Source: Paraspadella gotoi (taxonomy: Eukaryota; Animalia; Chaetognatha). Taken from it: 64,000 nt of DNA. How positions within the stretch are numbered: the stretch's first letter is position 1; the number at the start of each line of letters is the position of its first letter. Shown piece after piece: positions 13,301 through 24,107 of the stretch. The notes under the pieces were generated by a model. The model had not been told where the DNA came from. It searched no databases and worked only from the letters and a program-made list of their open reading frames with translations. Location: NCBI GenBank assembly GCA_051294375.1, contig CM119266.1, positions 2,541,551-2,605,550 on the forward strand, in the 5' to 3' direction. The position numbers and the translations under genes were made by a program.

Positions 13301-14017
13301 GAGGCGCCTGTAGTCTCCACAACATCTCCAGCCGCCATCTGGCTTTGCTACTACATGGAGTGGAGATGACCATTCGGATTTGCCTCGTTTCGCTATCCCC
13401 ATCGACACCATCTTCTCCAACTCCCTCTTCGCCACCGCCAGCTTCTCTGGGTCCAGTCGACGGGCCCGAGATTGGCAGGGTCGGCCTTCTGTTGGAATGG
13501 AGTGGGTCACGCCGTGTTTCGGTTCCTTGAGCTCGAATGTCGGCGTCGAGAGAGATGGAAAGGATTCGAGCAATTTGTAAAACTTTTCTCCCTTTCGGTC
13601 GACGAAGTTGACGTGTGTTGTGGCCTCGGAGGATGTTGATGCTGCTATGTTTGAGTAATCCTGCAGATCCATGAGCAGGCCGTCCCTGTGGTTAGGAGCC
13701 AAGAAATTCTCGGCCAAGAAATCGGCGCCGAGAATATGTTGAGTCACGTCAGCGACGACGAATTCATAGTCGAATTTGCGTTTTCCGAGGGTGACGGTTT
13801 TGCTCACTGTGCCGTAGCAGTTGATCGGCGATCCATTTGCTGCCTGTAGCTTCATCTCCGGGTCAGGTCCACTTTGTCGTTGCTCGCGAGTTGGGGGAAT
13901 GATGGACAAAAGTGCCCCGCCGTCTACCAGCCACTTCACTCTACTCTCTGAGTCTCGAATGTACAATAAGTCACTGGCTGCTGGTGAACGAGTTGATTGT
14001 TGGGGAACGGCGTTCAC
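10316..14017 (-). CDS. pol: Pol polyprotein (protease-RT-RNase H-integrase), probably expressed by -1 frameshift from gag
   Basis: 1233-aa ORF with protease WLVDGGA, RT IDLLKGYHQIP / PFGLKNA / YLDD, RNase H TTDASD and TDHQSL, integrase HHCC (HGLGHPG..CIDC), D,D35E core (NLDL, TTDRG, LVERFHR) and GPY motif. Confidence 0.96.
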   Translation of the reverse strand: MNAVPQQSTRSPAASDLLYIRDSESRVKWLVDGGALLSIIPPTREQRQSGPDPEMKLQAANGSPINCYGTVSKTVTLGKRKFDYEFVVADVTQHILGADFLAENFLAPNHRDGLLMDLQDYSNIAASTSSEATTHVNFVDRKGEKFYKLLESFPSLSTPTFELKEPKHGVTHSIPTEGRPCQSRARRLDPEKLAVAKRELEKMVSMGIAKRGKSEWSSPLHVVAKPDGGWRCCGDYRRLNSQTIDDKYPVKLLTDFNAQLEGKTIFSKIDLLKGYHQIPVNPEDIKKTAVITPFGLYVFPRCPFGLKNAGQDFQRLMDDILGDIPHTFVYLDDILVASTSPEEHMQDLERVFKTLDANGLVVNKKKCLLGQESLEFLGFLVDKNGVRPLPERVQTLRETTKPTTIKELQRFLGMINYYRRFIPKVAHRCAPLYEALSGKPKTLRWTDNCEKAFEAIKEGLIQAALLHHPRTGAQLCITTDASDHAVGAVLEQRGPKGWEPLAFFSAKLAKNQKLWPPFDRELFGAFRAVRHFRHWIEGRSFTIYTDHQSLVPAIKKKTEPQTARQAYQLSVIAEFTTDIRYLKGKANVVADALSRPNTPSTAEPPNDAQMESKVVAINSTPISQVVEQLEQKDEKTIKANRLEDAQAVIASLTTFEIDFEQMAREQILDPEFQKISEDARSGLTFRKIQVGEQQLLADVSNGPARPFVPAAWRRRIFDVIHGLGHPGIEATRKAVASKFVWTNMRQDVTKWARDCIDCQKAKITRHVIPEIGEFKIPPRRFQHVNLDLVKMPSSNGFTYLLTVVDRFSRWPAAIPIKDTVTTTILDAFSHEWISTFGTPAIITTDRGTQFNSALWRQLTQQWGIKHQMTTAYHPQANGLVERFHRRLKESLRALAKEERQNWYWKLPLTLLAIRTTVKEDIGASAADMVFGEGISIPGSMLGDKQIDDSDLQRQRQSQLASLRVEVARLQPTPTSAHHQPATHLPANLESAQYVFVRRAGVQPPLIPPYEGPYRVINRNGLNITIEIPSTGRQTVNIARIKPAWISEEASEVNEQETRPRRRPGRPRTRMPAPTTRTTRSSMQRATSPPPPAQIIPASRSPQRRLGRPRTRIPAPTTRVTRSSVQRVAALPPPSPSLSVLRPPSPTSKKKEKNNNNNSARGETEPTWRLSKATAENFLNRQNRQVNNEDNNNNNKNDNSNRPTYAVVLKEMLRRQRDENENNNENNKTTFTSY

Positions 14018-14044
14018 CGCCGGCGTCCCCCTCTGCCGTTTCCC
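14002..14044 (-). promoter_or_regulatory. -1 ribosomal frameshift signal (G GGA AAC slippery site plus stem-loop)
   Basis: GGGAAAC in the gag frame at 14044-14038, followed after a 6-nt spacer by a GGGGGACG...CGTTCCCC stem. Pol is in the -1 frame and has no ATG of its own at the junction. Confidence 0.75.
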
Positions 14045-15150
14045 TCGCGGCGTTTCTGTGTTTCCTCGTATTTGGCGCAGCCTGGCTCACAAGACCAGGC
14101 GTCATCGCCAAATCGGACATGCTTGTTACAAAGGGTAATGAGCTTGCCTTTGCTTTTCCCTTTTGGTGGATTTTGCCTCTTTTTCGAATTGGCGCCGCTT
14201 TTTGAGAAGGCACCGAGAGCGTTGATGGCGTCGTCGTCATCAGATTCTGATTGTTGTCGCCTTCGGTAATCGTTCTCGATGTTGTTGATGAGTGAGGCAG
14301 ATTGACGAATTTTCAGATTTCCATCATTATCGAAATGACGATCTGCTAGCTGGCACAAGTCGGTTGCCGAAAGTTCCTCGGCTTTATCCTCTAGTTGTCG
14401 GCGAACTTCGGTTGGTAGCTCCCTGAGGATTTTTTCTTTTCTGACATCGTCCAGGGTTATCGTCTTGGTTCTCTCCTCCAGCTGCGCCAACATCTTGGAC
14501 GGTTTGACGCCGTCGACGTCGAGGTTGTCGAGGAGATGCGCTGCTTGCTGGCGGCGTGAGAGGCCGTACTCCTTTCGCAAGTACTGGAGGAAATCATTCC
14601 ACGTTTCTTCTGTCGTTTCGCCGAATAAATATTGATTAATCTTTGGATCGACGTTAACGCCGATCTTAGATTCAAGATGAGCGAATTTTGTTTTCGGGGC
14701 CGTGATCCCAGCTCTCGTATATGACGCCTCGACTCGCTTAATCCAGATCTCGATGTTGGTTTTATCAAAGTCTGGAAGGTCGGGTTTTCTATTTGATGCC
14801 CTCTCCAGCGCTCGAGTCGCCGCTGCCAGTGCGGCGCGTAATTCGTCGTTTTCGCCGCGAAGTTCACGCTCCGAGGCGCCGCCAGTTGCCATGTCGGCGT
14901 TTTCAAAGTTTGCGGCGTCGATCTGCGGGAAGTCGAACGTCTGAACGGCGTCGGCGATGTTTGGTGAGATCGACCTCGAACGCCGGCCGCGCCCAAAGCC
15001 GAAAGGTATCTGGAGGGTCGTCGCTTCCTCCTGTTGATTGACGGCGTTGCGCTGAGATGATCGTAGGCGATGACGGTAATCGGAATCGCTCATTTGTTTC
15101 CCGTCGGCGTCGTGGATTTGATCGAAAGGGTGTGGGAAGGTTGGGGCCAA
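14014..15150 (-). CDS. gag: Gag (first in-frame ATG at ~15093)
   Basis: 378-codon ORF directly upstream of pol, with a C-terminal C-x2-H-x9-C-x3-C (CNKHVRFGDDAWSCEPGC) knuckle typical of CsRn1-clade Gag. Confidence 0.9.
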   Translation of the reverse strand: MAPTFPHPFDQIHDADGKQMSDSDYRHRLRSSQRNAVNQQEEATTLQIPFGFGRGRRSRSISPNIADAVQTFDFPQIDAANFENADMATGGASERELRGENDELRAALAAATRALERASNRKPDLPDFDKTNIEIWIKRVEASYTRAGITAPKTKFAHLESKIGVNVDPKINQYLFGETTEETWNDFLQYLRKEYGLSRRQQAAHLLDNLDVDGVKPSKMLAQLEERTKTITLDDVRKEKILRELPTEVRRQLEDKAEELSATDLCQLADRHFDNDGNLKIRQSASLINNIENDYRRRQQSESDDDDAINALGAFSKSGANSKKRQNPPKGKSKGKLITLCNKHVRFGDDAWSCEPGCAKYEETQKRREGNGRGGRRR

Positions 15151-15282
15151 TGGAAAAGAGCGTTAGCGAATTGGATGATTTCGCTTAATTCACAAGTCTC
15201 ATCCAATCTTACCTTGGAAAAGGTTAAGTTACTCCTTTGCCCCGTTTGAAGGTTGGTTTTGATTCATAGTCGGGTTACCAAG

Positions 15283-15847
15283 TGTGGCGCGGAGTCGAAG
15301 GTCCGGTTGGCGTGACGTCACGTGGCCGAGATTCGTGACCAACTGTAACCTTGGGGTCCTAAGGTGATTCAGGTGACATCATCGCAGGGAAGGCACGAGG
15401 TTAAGGGATTCGAATTGATTGTTTATTTGATTGGTTGATAAAAACAATAATTGATTTGGAATCAGAGTTTTTCTTCTTCTTAATAATGTAGTATTTACAT
15501 TGAGAGAAGATCAAGTAAAAACGTGGAGAAATAAAAGCATAACAAGTTTATTTCATTGAGATGAAAATCAGTCTGAATTATGTCAGTTACAATCCATTAA
15601 AGAAAGCAATCAAAAACAAAGAAAATAAGTGCTCCATCTCTTGGTGGACAATTTAATTTTACTTTGGAAACAAAAGTCTTTAAATCAATGTTTAAGTCTT
15701 TAAATCGTGATTTGAGGCTGGATTCTTTAGGCCATTTGGTTGGCCGAGGTCGGTGACTGAGGCGTCCCAAATCCTTGAGCCCGGGTTCGAATCCCGGCAT
15801 GGATGAGTTTATTTTTCGTATGAAATTATCCGCTCGAGGTGGCCGCA
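15283..15847 (-). repeat. 5' LTR of the CsRn1-like element
   Basis: Direct repeat of 9502-10061; followed on minus by a 2-nt spacer and the TGG PBS. Confidence 0.93.
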
Positions 15848-16020
15848 GTTTTTTGTAATTTTACCCTATAAATGATATAATTTTGATAAAGGTTATATTT
15901 TTTTTATCAACTTTTTACGAAGAATCGAATCTTTTATCAGAATATTAAAAAAAAACTATTTTGAAATTTTGACATTTAGGTAAAGGGTAGTACTATATAC
16001 AAATAAGCTCATGGGCTATA

Positions 16021-16697
16021 TAGTGGATAATGCGCTAAGTGGGCTGAAGATGACTATCCGTAACTTCTATAACCCCTTTAGTAGCCATGGAACGGGTCCT
16101 GGGCTTGGAACCAGGCTTGAGGGTTTGCCCACGCCCCAAGGCGGCTTACGGCGTCCTCACGCTCCACAGGGTAGTACCGGGTTGGGATTGAACCCGGTAC
16201 CTTAGTGGTCATGAGCCTGATGGCTTTACTCAAATGAGCCACGGTCAGGATTGAATTTGTCATGTTTATAAGGCGGGGTGAACTAGGCAATGCCCGACTA
16301 CATGCCCCCAGATGTAACCCACCCTGCCACTGCTTCCAGTGGAGGGAGGGGAGCAATCTTCAGCACGTCCATGGGCTGGAATCAGAAGTTGGATACGTTC
16401 GACAGGATGGGCTCACCATATGGATAAGGCGCTAAGTGGGCTGAAGATGATATTCGTAACTTCTATAACCCCCTTTAGTAGCCATGGAACGGGTCCTGGG
16501 CTTGGACCAGGCTTGAGGGGTTGCCCACGCCCCAAGGCGGCTTACAGCCGTCCTCACGCTTCCCACAGGGAGGTACCGGGTTTGGGATTGAATCCGGTAC
16601 CTATGGTCATGAACTGATGGCTTTACTCAATGAGCCACCGGGTCAGGACTGAAAGTGTCATGTTTAAGGCGGGGTGACCTAGGCAATGCCGACTACA
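16021..16697 (-). mobile_element. TRIM (miniature non-autonomous LTR element) with tRNA-like A/B boxes in its LTRs
   Basis: Two ~280-bp direct repeats (16021-16302, ~16419-16697) around a ~116-bp core. The core has a PBS (TGGTGAGCCC on minus, 16409-16418) and a G-rich PPT (16303-16310). TATA flanks both ends (16017-16020, 16698-16701). Confidence 0.8.
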
Positions 16698-16939
16698 TAT
16701 ATAAAAAAAAAATAACTACAGATTAGTATTGCACTAAATATGACTAGTTTCAAGATAAAACTACTAAATTTTGATTCCAAACTTTCACTTAACCCTAGTA
16801 AGCAGAAAGGTGGAACAAGGTAAAAATTTAAAGAGTTCTGTATTATTAAATAACATTATAGTGAAGAGACAGTAATAATTGTCATGAGTTATGCTTCGGA
16901 TCAGGCTGTAAACCGTGTTACAGAAGCAGGGTTAAGCGC

Positions 16940-17030
16940 CCCTCCTCTTAACTGCTAGGGACCAACGCGGAGCTAGAACCCGGACCTTTGGGTTGGGATG
17001 GCGAATGACTTGCCTCCTACGCATGGCCGC
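16940..17030 (-). mobile_element. Degenerate tRNA-derived SINE fragment
   Basis: B-box-like GGTTCTAGCTCC on minus within a short GC-rich block. Confidence 0.25.
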
Positions 17031-18504
17031 TGATAAACGTAGATTTTAGTCTACCCATTAATACTCTAAATTGTAAATTTTATGTTTTTCTACATTTCCA
17101 AAAAAAACCGTGATGATTGATATCTATCAACGAATGAATCATGACAAAATTTTGCATAAATAAATCAATATCTTGTAATTGTATGACATATTAAAAATTT
17201 CCAATATCATAATAAAACAAAAGCCCGTGGATGTTATCATTTTTGAGTCTGGCCAATCCCAAAATAAGGGGTGTGAGGACTGCTGTATATATCATTTATA
17301 CTTTCCCACGACTTTCTGACGTAATCGCTGCATTTCTATGTTATAAAACAGTGAGTAAATAAAAAAATTGAAAAAGAGGTATTAGTAAAATTTGAGATAT
17401 CTTTGATTGGTAATTTGAAAGCCATCTGTATATCTCTGTTTTGTTTGGAGATTATGGTTTTAATAGCAGAAATATTTCTTCTTGAGTAAAAATACGCATA
17501 ACTGTAATTGGAACCATAGAGGTAAACCAGATGTTAAATTTAAACTATTACTGAAAATTATGTATAAGCTTACACTCATTCCTATTAAACTTGTATGACG
17601 CAAAAAAAATTCCAAAAAATTTTAATAAAACATTATTTAATGATATTGTTTCATCTACTGATGTTTTAAAAGCTGAGGATCCTTTTGCAAGTCCTATCAA
17701 AGACATCCGTTATTGATAATAATTGAAAATAGTGGTCTTTGAGGCTCCACTCACCAAGCCAAATTCACTGTGGCTATATAAGAACGCACCTCTTTGCAAA
17801 AACATGGTTCATCTGTTCGGTGATTGAATCATTTGAAATATAGAAAGATTTTGCTGTATGAATCAAAGTATCTTGATGGTATTTATAAGATCCTATATCG
17901 TCAGAGCATGTTGGTTTTCTAATCTGAAAATCGGACTTGATAGATACTTGGAAAGCAATGTTTATTATTTGTAGCACTGTAAGGGAAATAGATCAAACTA
18001 CTGTTTGAACTACAAGTTGTGGAAAACTTCTAGTATACATTGAAATAATTCATTAACAGCGCAAGTTTACTTTTGGAGCTTTTAATTTTTGGTTGTATTT
18101 TTTCAAATACAAATCTATTGAAATAGGAATTTGAACCAAGCCGAAAACAAAAAAGATAGAAGTTGTGCAAATTGTAACCAGTTTTTATAAAACTCTATAA
18201 TATTTTTTTTTGCTTATATATAATAGACAACCCATATGTGCCGGAACCACACAATGAATTATTAGTATCAAACAGATGATGTGGACCAATTCTCTGAAAA
18301 ATCCAAAAAGGCTGAGGTCATGTACTCAAAGGTGTTTTTATGTCTGTGTATATGTCGATTATGTTGAGTACGATCCGATTATTAGAATTGAATTTCTTTT
18401 TCCATTTTGTACTGTATAATAAATAAAAAATAAATCAGCAACGCTGAAAAGGTACTTCTTACAGGCCTATTATTTAGTGTAAAAAAATTAAAGCAGAGAA
18501 ATAT

Positions 18505-18570
18505 GTGGATAAGGCGCTAGTGGGCTACTATCCGTAACTTCTGGCCCCCTGGGCAGTAGGCCGGAACAGG
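18505..18570 (-). mobile_element. Fragment of the TRIM LTR family
   Basis: TGTGGATAAGGCGCTAGTGGGCT..TATCCGTAACTTCT matches the end of the 16021-16302 LTR. Confidence 0.6.
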
Positions 18571-18649
18571 TTAAAAACTAGAAGTTCTCTCAAATAAATA
18601 ATGTAAAGTGACTGTTAGAGATATGAAAACAAAATAATTTTAAAAAAAT

Positions 18650-19085
18650 TATTTCATTAATAAGCGCACGGAAGCCTTTCAAAGATTATTTTATTACTAT
18701 ATAAAGTTAAAATTTTTTTTTAAATTTTTAAATTTTTTTTGATAGATTCTGATAGAGCTTTAAAAGTTAGATAAAGGTTATTAATACAATTTTTAAAAAA
18801 TTTTTTTGTTTTATTGATAAAAATTTTAAAAAACCATAAAATTCAGCCAATGATGATGATGATTTTTTAACCTTTTTTTTGTTTTTAACCAATTTCTTGT
18901 CAAAACTTTAAAAAATTGTAGTATTAACTTTCATTTAACTTTTCAAGCTCTATAAGAATCCGTTCTTAAAAAATAAATTAAAAAAAAAATTTTATCATTT
19001 GTTATATAATAATAATTTTTATATTGGTTGTACCAATTTCATATCAATAAATATTCAAAAGCTTCAGTGCAACAACCCAATGAAC
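18650..19085. mobile_element. AT-rich foldback/MITE-like palindrome; partial second copy at ~19960-20210
   Basis: GATTCTGATAGAGCTTTAAAAGTTA..AATACAATTTTTAAA is mirrored by TTTAAAAAATTGTAGTATT..TAACTTTTCAAGCTCTATAAGAATC, and GCACGGAAGC by GCTTCAGTGC further out. Confidence 0.55.
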
Positions 19086-19159
19086 TAATTCAAAAAGTTG
19101 CATTGAAAATCGATTTTAGTAATAGAAGGAAAAAAGAAAAGTGTTCAATTTTTGCCCGC

Positions 19160-19375
19160 CCTTACTGGGCAGCTAGTATGGAACGGATCCTGGGCTTGGT
19201 ACCAGGCTTGGGGTTTTCCACGCCCCCAAGGCGGTTTACGGCCGTCCTCACGCTTCCCGCAGGGTAGGTACCGGGTTGGGATTGAACCCTGTAACTAGTA
19301 GTCAATGAGCCACCGTGTAACGACTGAAGGTGTCATGCTTGTAGGCGGGGTGAACTTATGCAATGCCAGACTACA
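19160..19375 (-). mobile_element. Truncated solo LTR of the TRIM family
   Basis: GGAACGGATCCTGGGCTTGG...GGGATTGAACCC...GCAATGCCAGACTACA matches 16088-16302. Confidence 0.75.
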
Positions 19376-22300
19376 AAATAGCGACACTGGTCTTGCATTA
19401 ATCATTCGGTTTTTTTTTGACAAACGCTTTTAATAATTAATATAAACTTATAGAACATTTAAAATTATATAAATTATATGAACCAATATAAAAATCCACG
19501 TTCATTGTAATAAATGAGCTATTCTGCCCCTGAGCTTGGAAGGCTTTGGTGTTAAGGCCTCCATCATCCTTACAGATAATATATGCGATTTTTTTTCGAA
19601 TACAACGAGGTTGATTCAGTACAATCATCATCAACAAACAAACAAACATAGACTAAGTCTGAGCAAACAAAAACATTATAAAAATAGAGAGAAAAAACAG
19701 TTAATTAAATAAAATTAATTAATTAAAATTTAAACAATTAAAAAATTGTTCTTATGTTGTAAAGAACGGAACAAGTTTCTGAAGAACAGTATTTTTCATG
19801 GTATATATCTTTGAGATAAATGTTTTCTTACGATAGCCATAGCCGATGAAATTTAAATGCTAATGTATACAGCGTTAAAATAAATCTATCATGACCATAG
19901 ATTATGGTATTAAAATATTTTTTGTCAAAAATGCTTTTTTACTGAGGGTACTTCCGCTTAATTAAAAAATATTATATTACTATATGAGCTAAAATTTTTT
20001 TTTTTAAATCTTAAAATTTTTTGATGGGATTCTGATAGAGCATAAAAAGTTAACAAGAAATATATTACAGCATTTTTAAAAATTCTTACATTTTCTAAGT
20101 GAAAATATAAAAAAAAAATATAAAATCATCGAAAGAGAGATGATGATATTTTTTATAGTTTTTTCTTATTTTTGACACTACTATACAATGCTTTAAAAAA
20201 ATTAAAATTTAAAAAAATCAATTAAAATATATTATTAAAAAATAAAATAATTACTAGGGTATAGAGCCATATTTAGAAATTTTTTGTCCATTAAAAGTAT
20301 TCTTAAAAATGTCTAAATTATNNNNNNNNNNNNNNNNNNNNNNNNNTCATCAAAAGTAGGCTCGATTCCTTATGCTTTTAAGATTTATTTTTTATTAACG
20401 TTATTGTGGTCTTCACCCTGAGCGAGCTAATTTCGTTCAGTCGTAAAAAGAGGAACTTTTCATATAATTAGCTATTGTTCTTTAAAGATATTTTTATCGC
20501 TTTCCTTTTTTTTTTTCTAGATTTTACGAGCCGGAAAAGGGGGGGGGGTTTGAGTATGAACTTTCAAACCGACGCTAAGTTGCTTATTGCAAGCACTGGC
20601 GTTTGCTTGGTAAGCTTGATGAGGTTGACTAGTAATGGGATAGATAGAGCGAATAAACGGGAGAGAGAGATAGAGAGAAGGGAGAGAGAGGGAGAGAGAG
20701 AGAGAGAGGGAGAGCTTGACCCGCGCTGTCTGCGGGGATCCATTAGTGGAGATGACGTTTTGTTTATTTATTCCCTGTGAAACTAAGAAACTGAGAGAGA
20801 AAGATAGAGAGGGAGAAAGAGAGGGAGATAGAAAAAGAACAAGAGAGAGAGAAAAAAANNNNNNNNNNNNNNNNNNNNNNNNNNNNNNNNNNNNNNNNNN
20901 NNNNNNNNNNNNNNNNNNNNNNNNNNNNNNNNNNNNNNNNNNNNNNNNNNNNNNNNNNNNNNNNNNNNNNNNNNNNNNNNNNNNNNNNNNNNNNNNNNNN
21001 NNNNNNNNNNNNNNNNNNNNNNNNNNNNNNNNNNNNNNNNNNNNNNNNNNNNNNNNNNNNNNNNNNNNNNNNNNNNNNNNNNNNNNNNNNNTTACACTTT
21101 CCCTCTCACTCCTTGGGCGAATATATATAGGCCATTAGACTAAATGGACATAATAGATCTTAGGGCGCAAAGATTTAGAGATTATAGACTCGATTACCAT
21201 ATCAATACTGAACAGAGAAAAAGGGGCGAGAGGGAAAATGAGAGAGGGAGAGAGAGAGAGAGAAAGAGAGAGAGAGGGAGAGAGAGGGAGGAAGGGGAAA
21301 GGAGACGCAGGAGAAGAGAAGTTATCTTCTGGGTAGTGGGTATGTCATATCCCACACTTTCCGGTATATCATATAGATATCATATAGATTTTCCAAACTG
21401 AAACCTTTTGTTCAACTCCAAGAAAAAAGCTTAAATGCTGAAGACTCTCCCCACCCGCCCAACGACCATCAGCTCCCTTCGCGTCCATCTCTTTCACCAT
21501 CTCTTTCACCATTTCTATCTTCATCTCTTTCCCCATCTCTCTTACCATCTCTTTCACCATTTCTATCTTCATCTCTTTCCCCANNNNNNNNNNNNNNNNN
21601 NNNNNNNNNNNNNNNNNNNNNNNNNNNNNNNNNNNNNNNNNNNNNNNNNNNNNNNNNNNNNNNNNNNNNNNNNNNNNNNNNNNNNNNNNNNNNNNNNNNN
21701 NNNNNNNNNNNNNNNNNNNNNNNNNNNNNNNNNNNNNNNNNNNNNNNNNNNNNNNNNNNNNNNNNNNNNNNNNNNNNNNNNNNNNNNNNNNNNNNNNNNN
21801 NNNNNNNNNNNNNNNNNNNNNNNNNNNNNNNNNNNNNNNNNNNNNNNNNNNNNNNNNNNNNNNNNNNNNNNNNNNNNNNNNNNNNNNNNNNNNNNNNNNN
21901 NNNNNNNNNNNNNNNNNNNNNNNNNNNNNNNNNNNNNNNNNNNNNNNNNNNNNNNNNNNNNNNNNNNNNNNNNNNNNNNNNNNNNNNNNNNNNNNNNNNN
22001 NNNNNNNNNNNNNNNNNNNNNNNNNNNNNNNNNNNNNNNNNNNNNNNNNNNNNNNNNNNNNNNNNNNNNNNNNNNNNNNNNNNNNNNNNNNNNNNNNNNN
22101 NNNNNNNNNNNNNNNNNNNNNNNNNNNNNNNNNNNNNNNNNNNNNNNNNNNNNNNNNNNNNNNNNNNNNNNNNNNNNNNNNNNNNNNNNNNNNNNNNNNN
22201 NNNNNNNNNNNNNNNNNNNNNNNNNNNNNNNNNNNNNNNNNNNNNNNNNNNNNNNNNNNNNNNNNNNNNNNNNNNNNNNNNNNNNNNNNNNNNNNNNNNN

Positions 22301-22699
22301 NNNNNNNNNNNNNNNNNNNNNNNNNNNNNNNNNNNNNNNNNNNNNNNNNNNNNNNNNNNNNNNNNNNNNNNNNNNNNNNNNNNNNNNNCATCTCTTTCCC
22401 TATCTCTTTCCCCATCTTTTTCCCCATCTCTTTCACCATTTATTCCTCCTCCATTCTCATTCCTAATTCAAGATAGAAAAAACTTCAATCAAAGATCCTG
22501 ATTAGCAGCGCCCCCCTTTTCCACTCCCTTCCCCCCCCCCCAAAAAAATAATTTTCCCAAAAATCATTAATCTTCATATTTTTTTCGATTTTGCGTCGAA
22601 ATTGGCGTCGGTTTCCATGACGACGGCGTCTCAGATCTTTCTGTTTCAGGAAAAAGAAGCCGACAAGATCGAGTACGTTTGCAAAGGTGTCTTTTTTTC

Positions 22700-22732
<33 letters not shown>

Positions 22733-22997
22733 TGTTGACTTATTGATTTATTGATTGATTTATTGATTTATTGATTGATNNNNNNNNNNNNNNNNNNNNN
22801 NNNNNNNNNNNNNNNNNNNNNNNNNNNNNNNNNNNNNNNNNNNNNNNNNNNNNNNNNNNNNNNNNNNNNNNNNNNNNNNNNNNNNNNNNNNNNNNNNNNN
22901 NNNNNNNNNNNNNNNNNNNNNNNNNNNNNNNNNNNNNNNNNNNNNNNNNNNNNNNNNNNNNNNNNNNNNNNNNNNNNNNNNNNNNNNNNNTATTGAT

Positions 22998-23028
<31 letters not shown>

Positions 23029-23260
23029 TTGTTGTCGCGTGCGAGAGCGTGAGACGAATAAAAATGTTTATTTTTAGAAATTGTTATTGTTTCCAACTGC
23101 TTAATATTAATTATAGCTCCTTGTTACTGTTGATCGATTTAAACTGAATTTCCTTTTTGTCGCTTTATGAAATCTGGGAATCGAAAAGAATAAAAATAAA
23201 AGTTGAATAAGATTTGACGAATAATTGATAAGAGATTTAATCTCTCTGTCTCTGTCTCTC

Positions 23261-23291
<31 letters not shown>

Positions 23292-24041
23292 GTCTGTCTC
23301 TACTTCAAATCGGATTTTCTCGACTCATCCTTTCCCTTTCATATTTGGGTCAAGGGCAAAGGGCGAACTGATTGGAGAAAAGGCAACGGCGAACGGCGAA
23401 CGGCGAACGGCGAATGGCGAGAGGCGAACGNNNNNNNNNNNNNNNNNNNNNNNNNNNNNNNNNNNNNNNNNNNNNNNNNNNNNNNNNNNNNNNNNNNNNN
23501 NNNNNNNNNNNNNNNNNNNNNNNNNNNNNNNNNNNNNNNNNNNNNNNNNNNNNNNNNNNNNNNNNNNNNNNNNNNNNNNNNNNNNNNNNNNNNNNNAACG
23601 GCGAACGGCGAACGCGAACAGCGAACGGCGAGGGATGAAAGGCGAATGGGGACAATTGAAGAAATTAGGGAAGGGCAAACATTTCCGGGTGACAATGAAG
23701 AAAAGTGGGAAAGGGAGAAATATAACAATAGATGTAATATTAAACATAATTATTGAATATAGGGGAATGACAAGTATTTGGTGACAACAATAACAACAAC
23801 CTTCATGACTCTTGAACTTACCTAAATTGTGACCTCGGACTTAAGGTCAAAAAGTTAACCGACCACTTGATTCGTTTTTTTAAAAATGATTGTTTGCGTC
23901 GTGACACAATTTGATTTAACAACTACAAAATTCTCGCTTATTTGAAACAAAGAGGTTTCTNNNNNNNNNNNNNNNNNNNNNNNNNGAGGCGAAAAAATAC
24001 ACTTTACCTCTATCTCTCCCTCTCTCTCTCTCTCATTCTCT

Positions 24042-24107
<66 letters not shown>

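Larger units (their letters stand above)
9502..15847 (-). mobile_element. Full-length Ty3/Gypsy LTR retrotransposon, CsRn1-like clade
   Basis: Near-identical ~560-bp LTRs (9502-10061, 15283-15847; TGCGGCC...GCCACA on minus). PBS TGGTAACCCGAC (15269-15280) resembles the tRNA-Trp PBS. PPT lies next to the 3' LTR. Gag has a CHCC knuckle and pol is intact. Confidence 0.96.

Noticed and set aside
10419-15041. Numerous antisense and alternate-frame ORFs over gag-pol
   Set aside because: Shadow ORFs of a GC-richer coding region with no motifs.
16044-16075. CTGAAGA in the TRIM LTR as a hammerhead ribozyme core (retrozyme)
   Set aside because: The required GAAA is absent (GTAA instead) and no convincing stems I-III are visible; an Infernal search would settle it.
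21369-23747. Long ORFs containing X runs
   Set aside because: They are open only because of N gaps and simple repeats.
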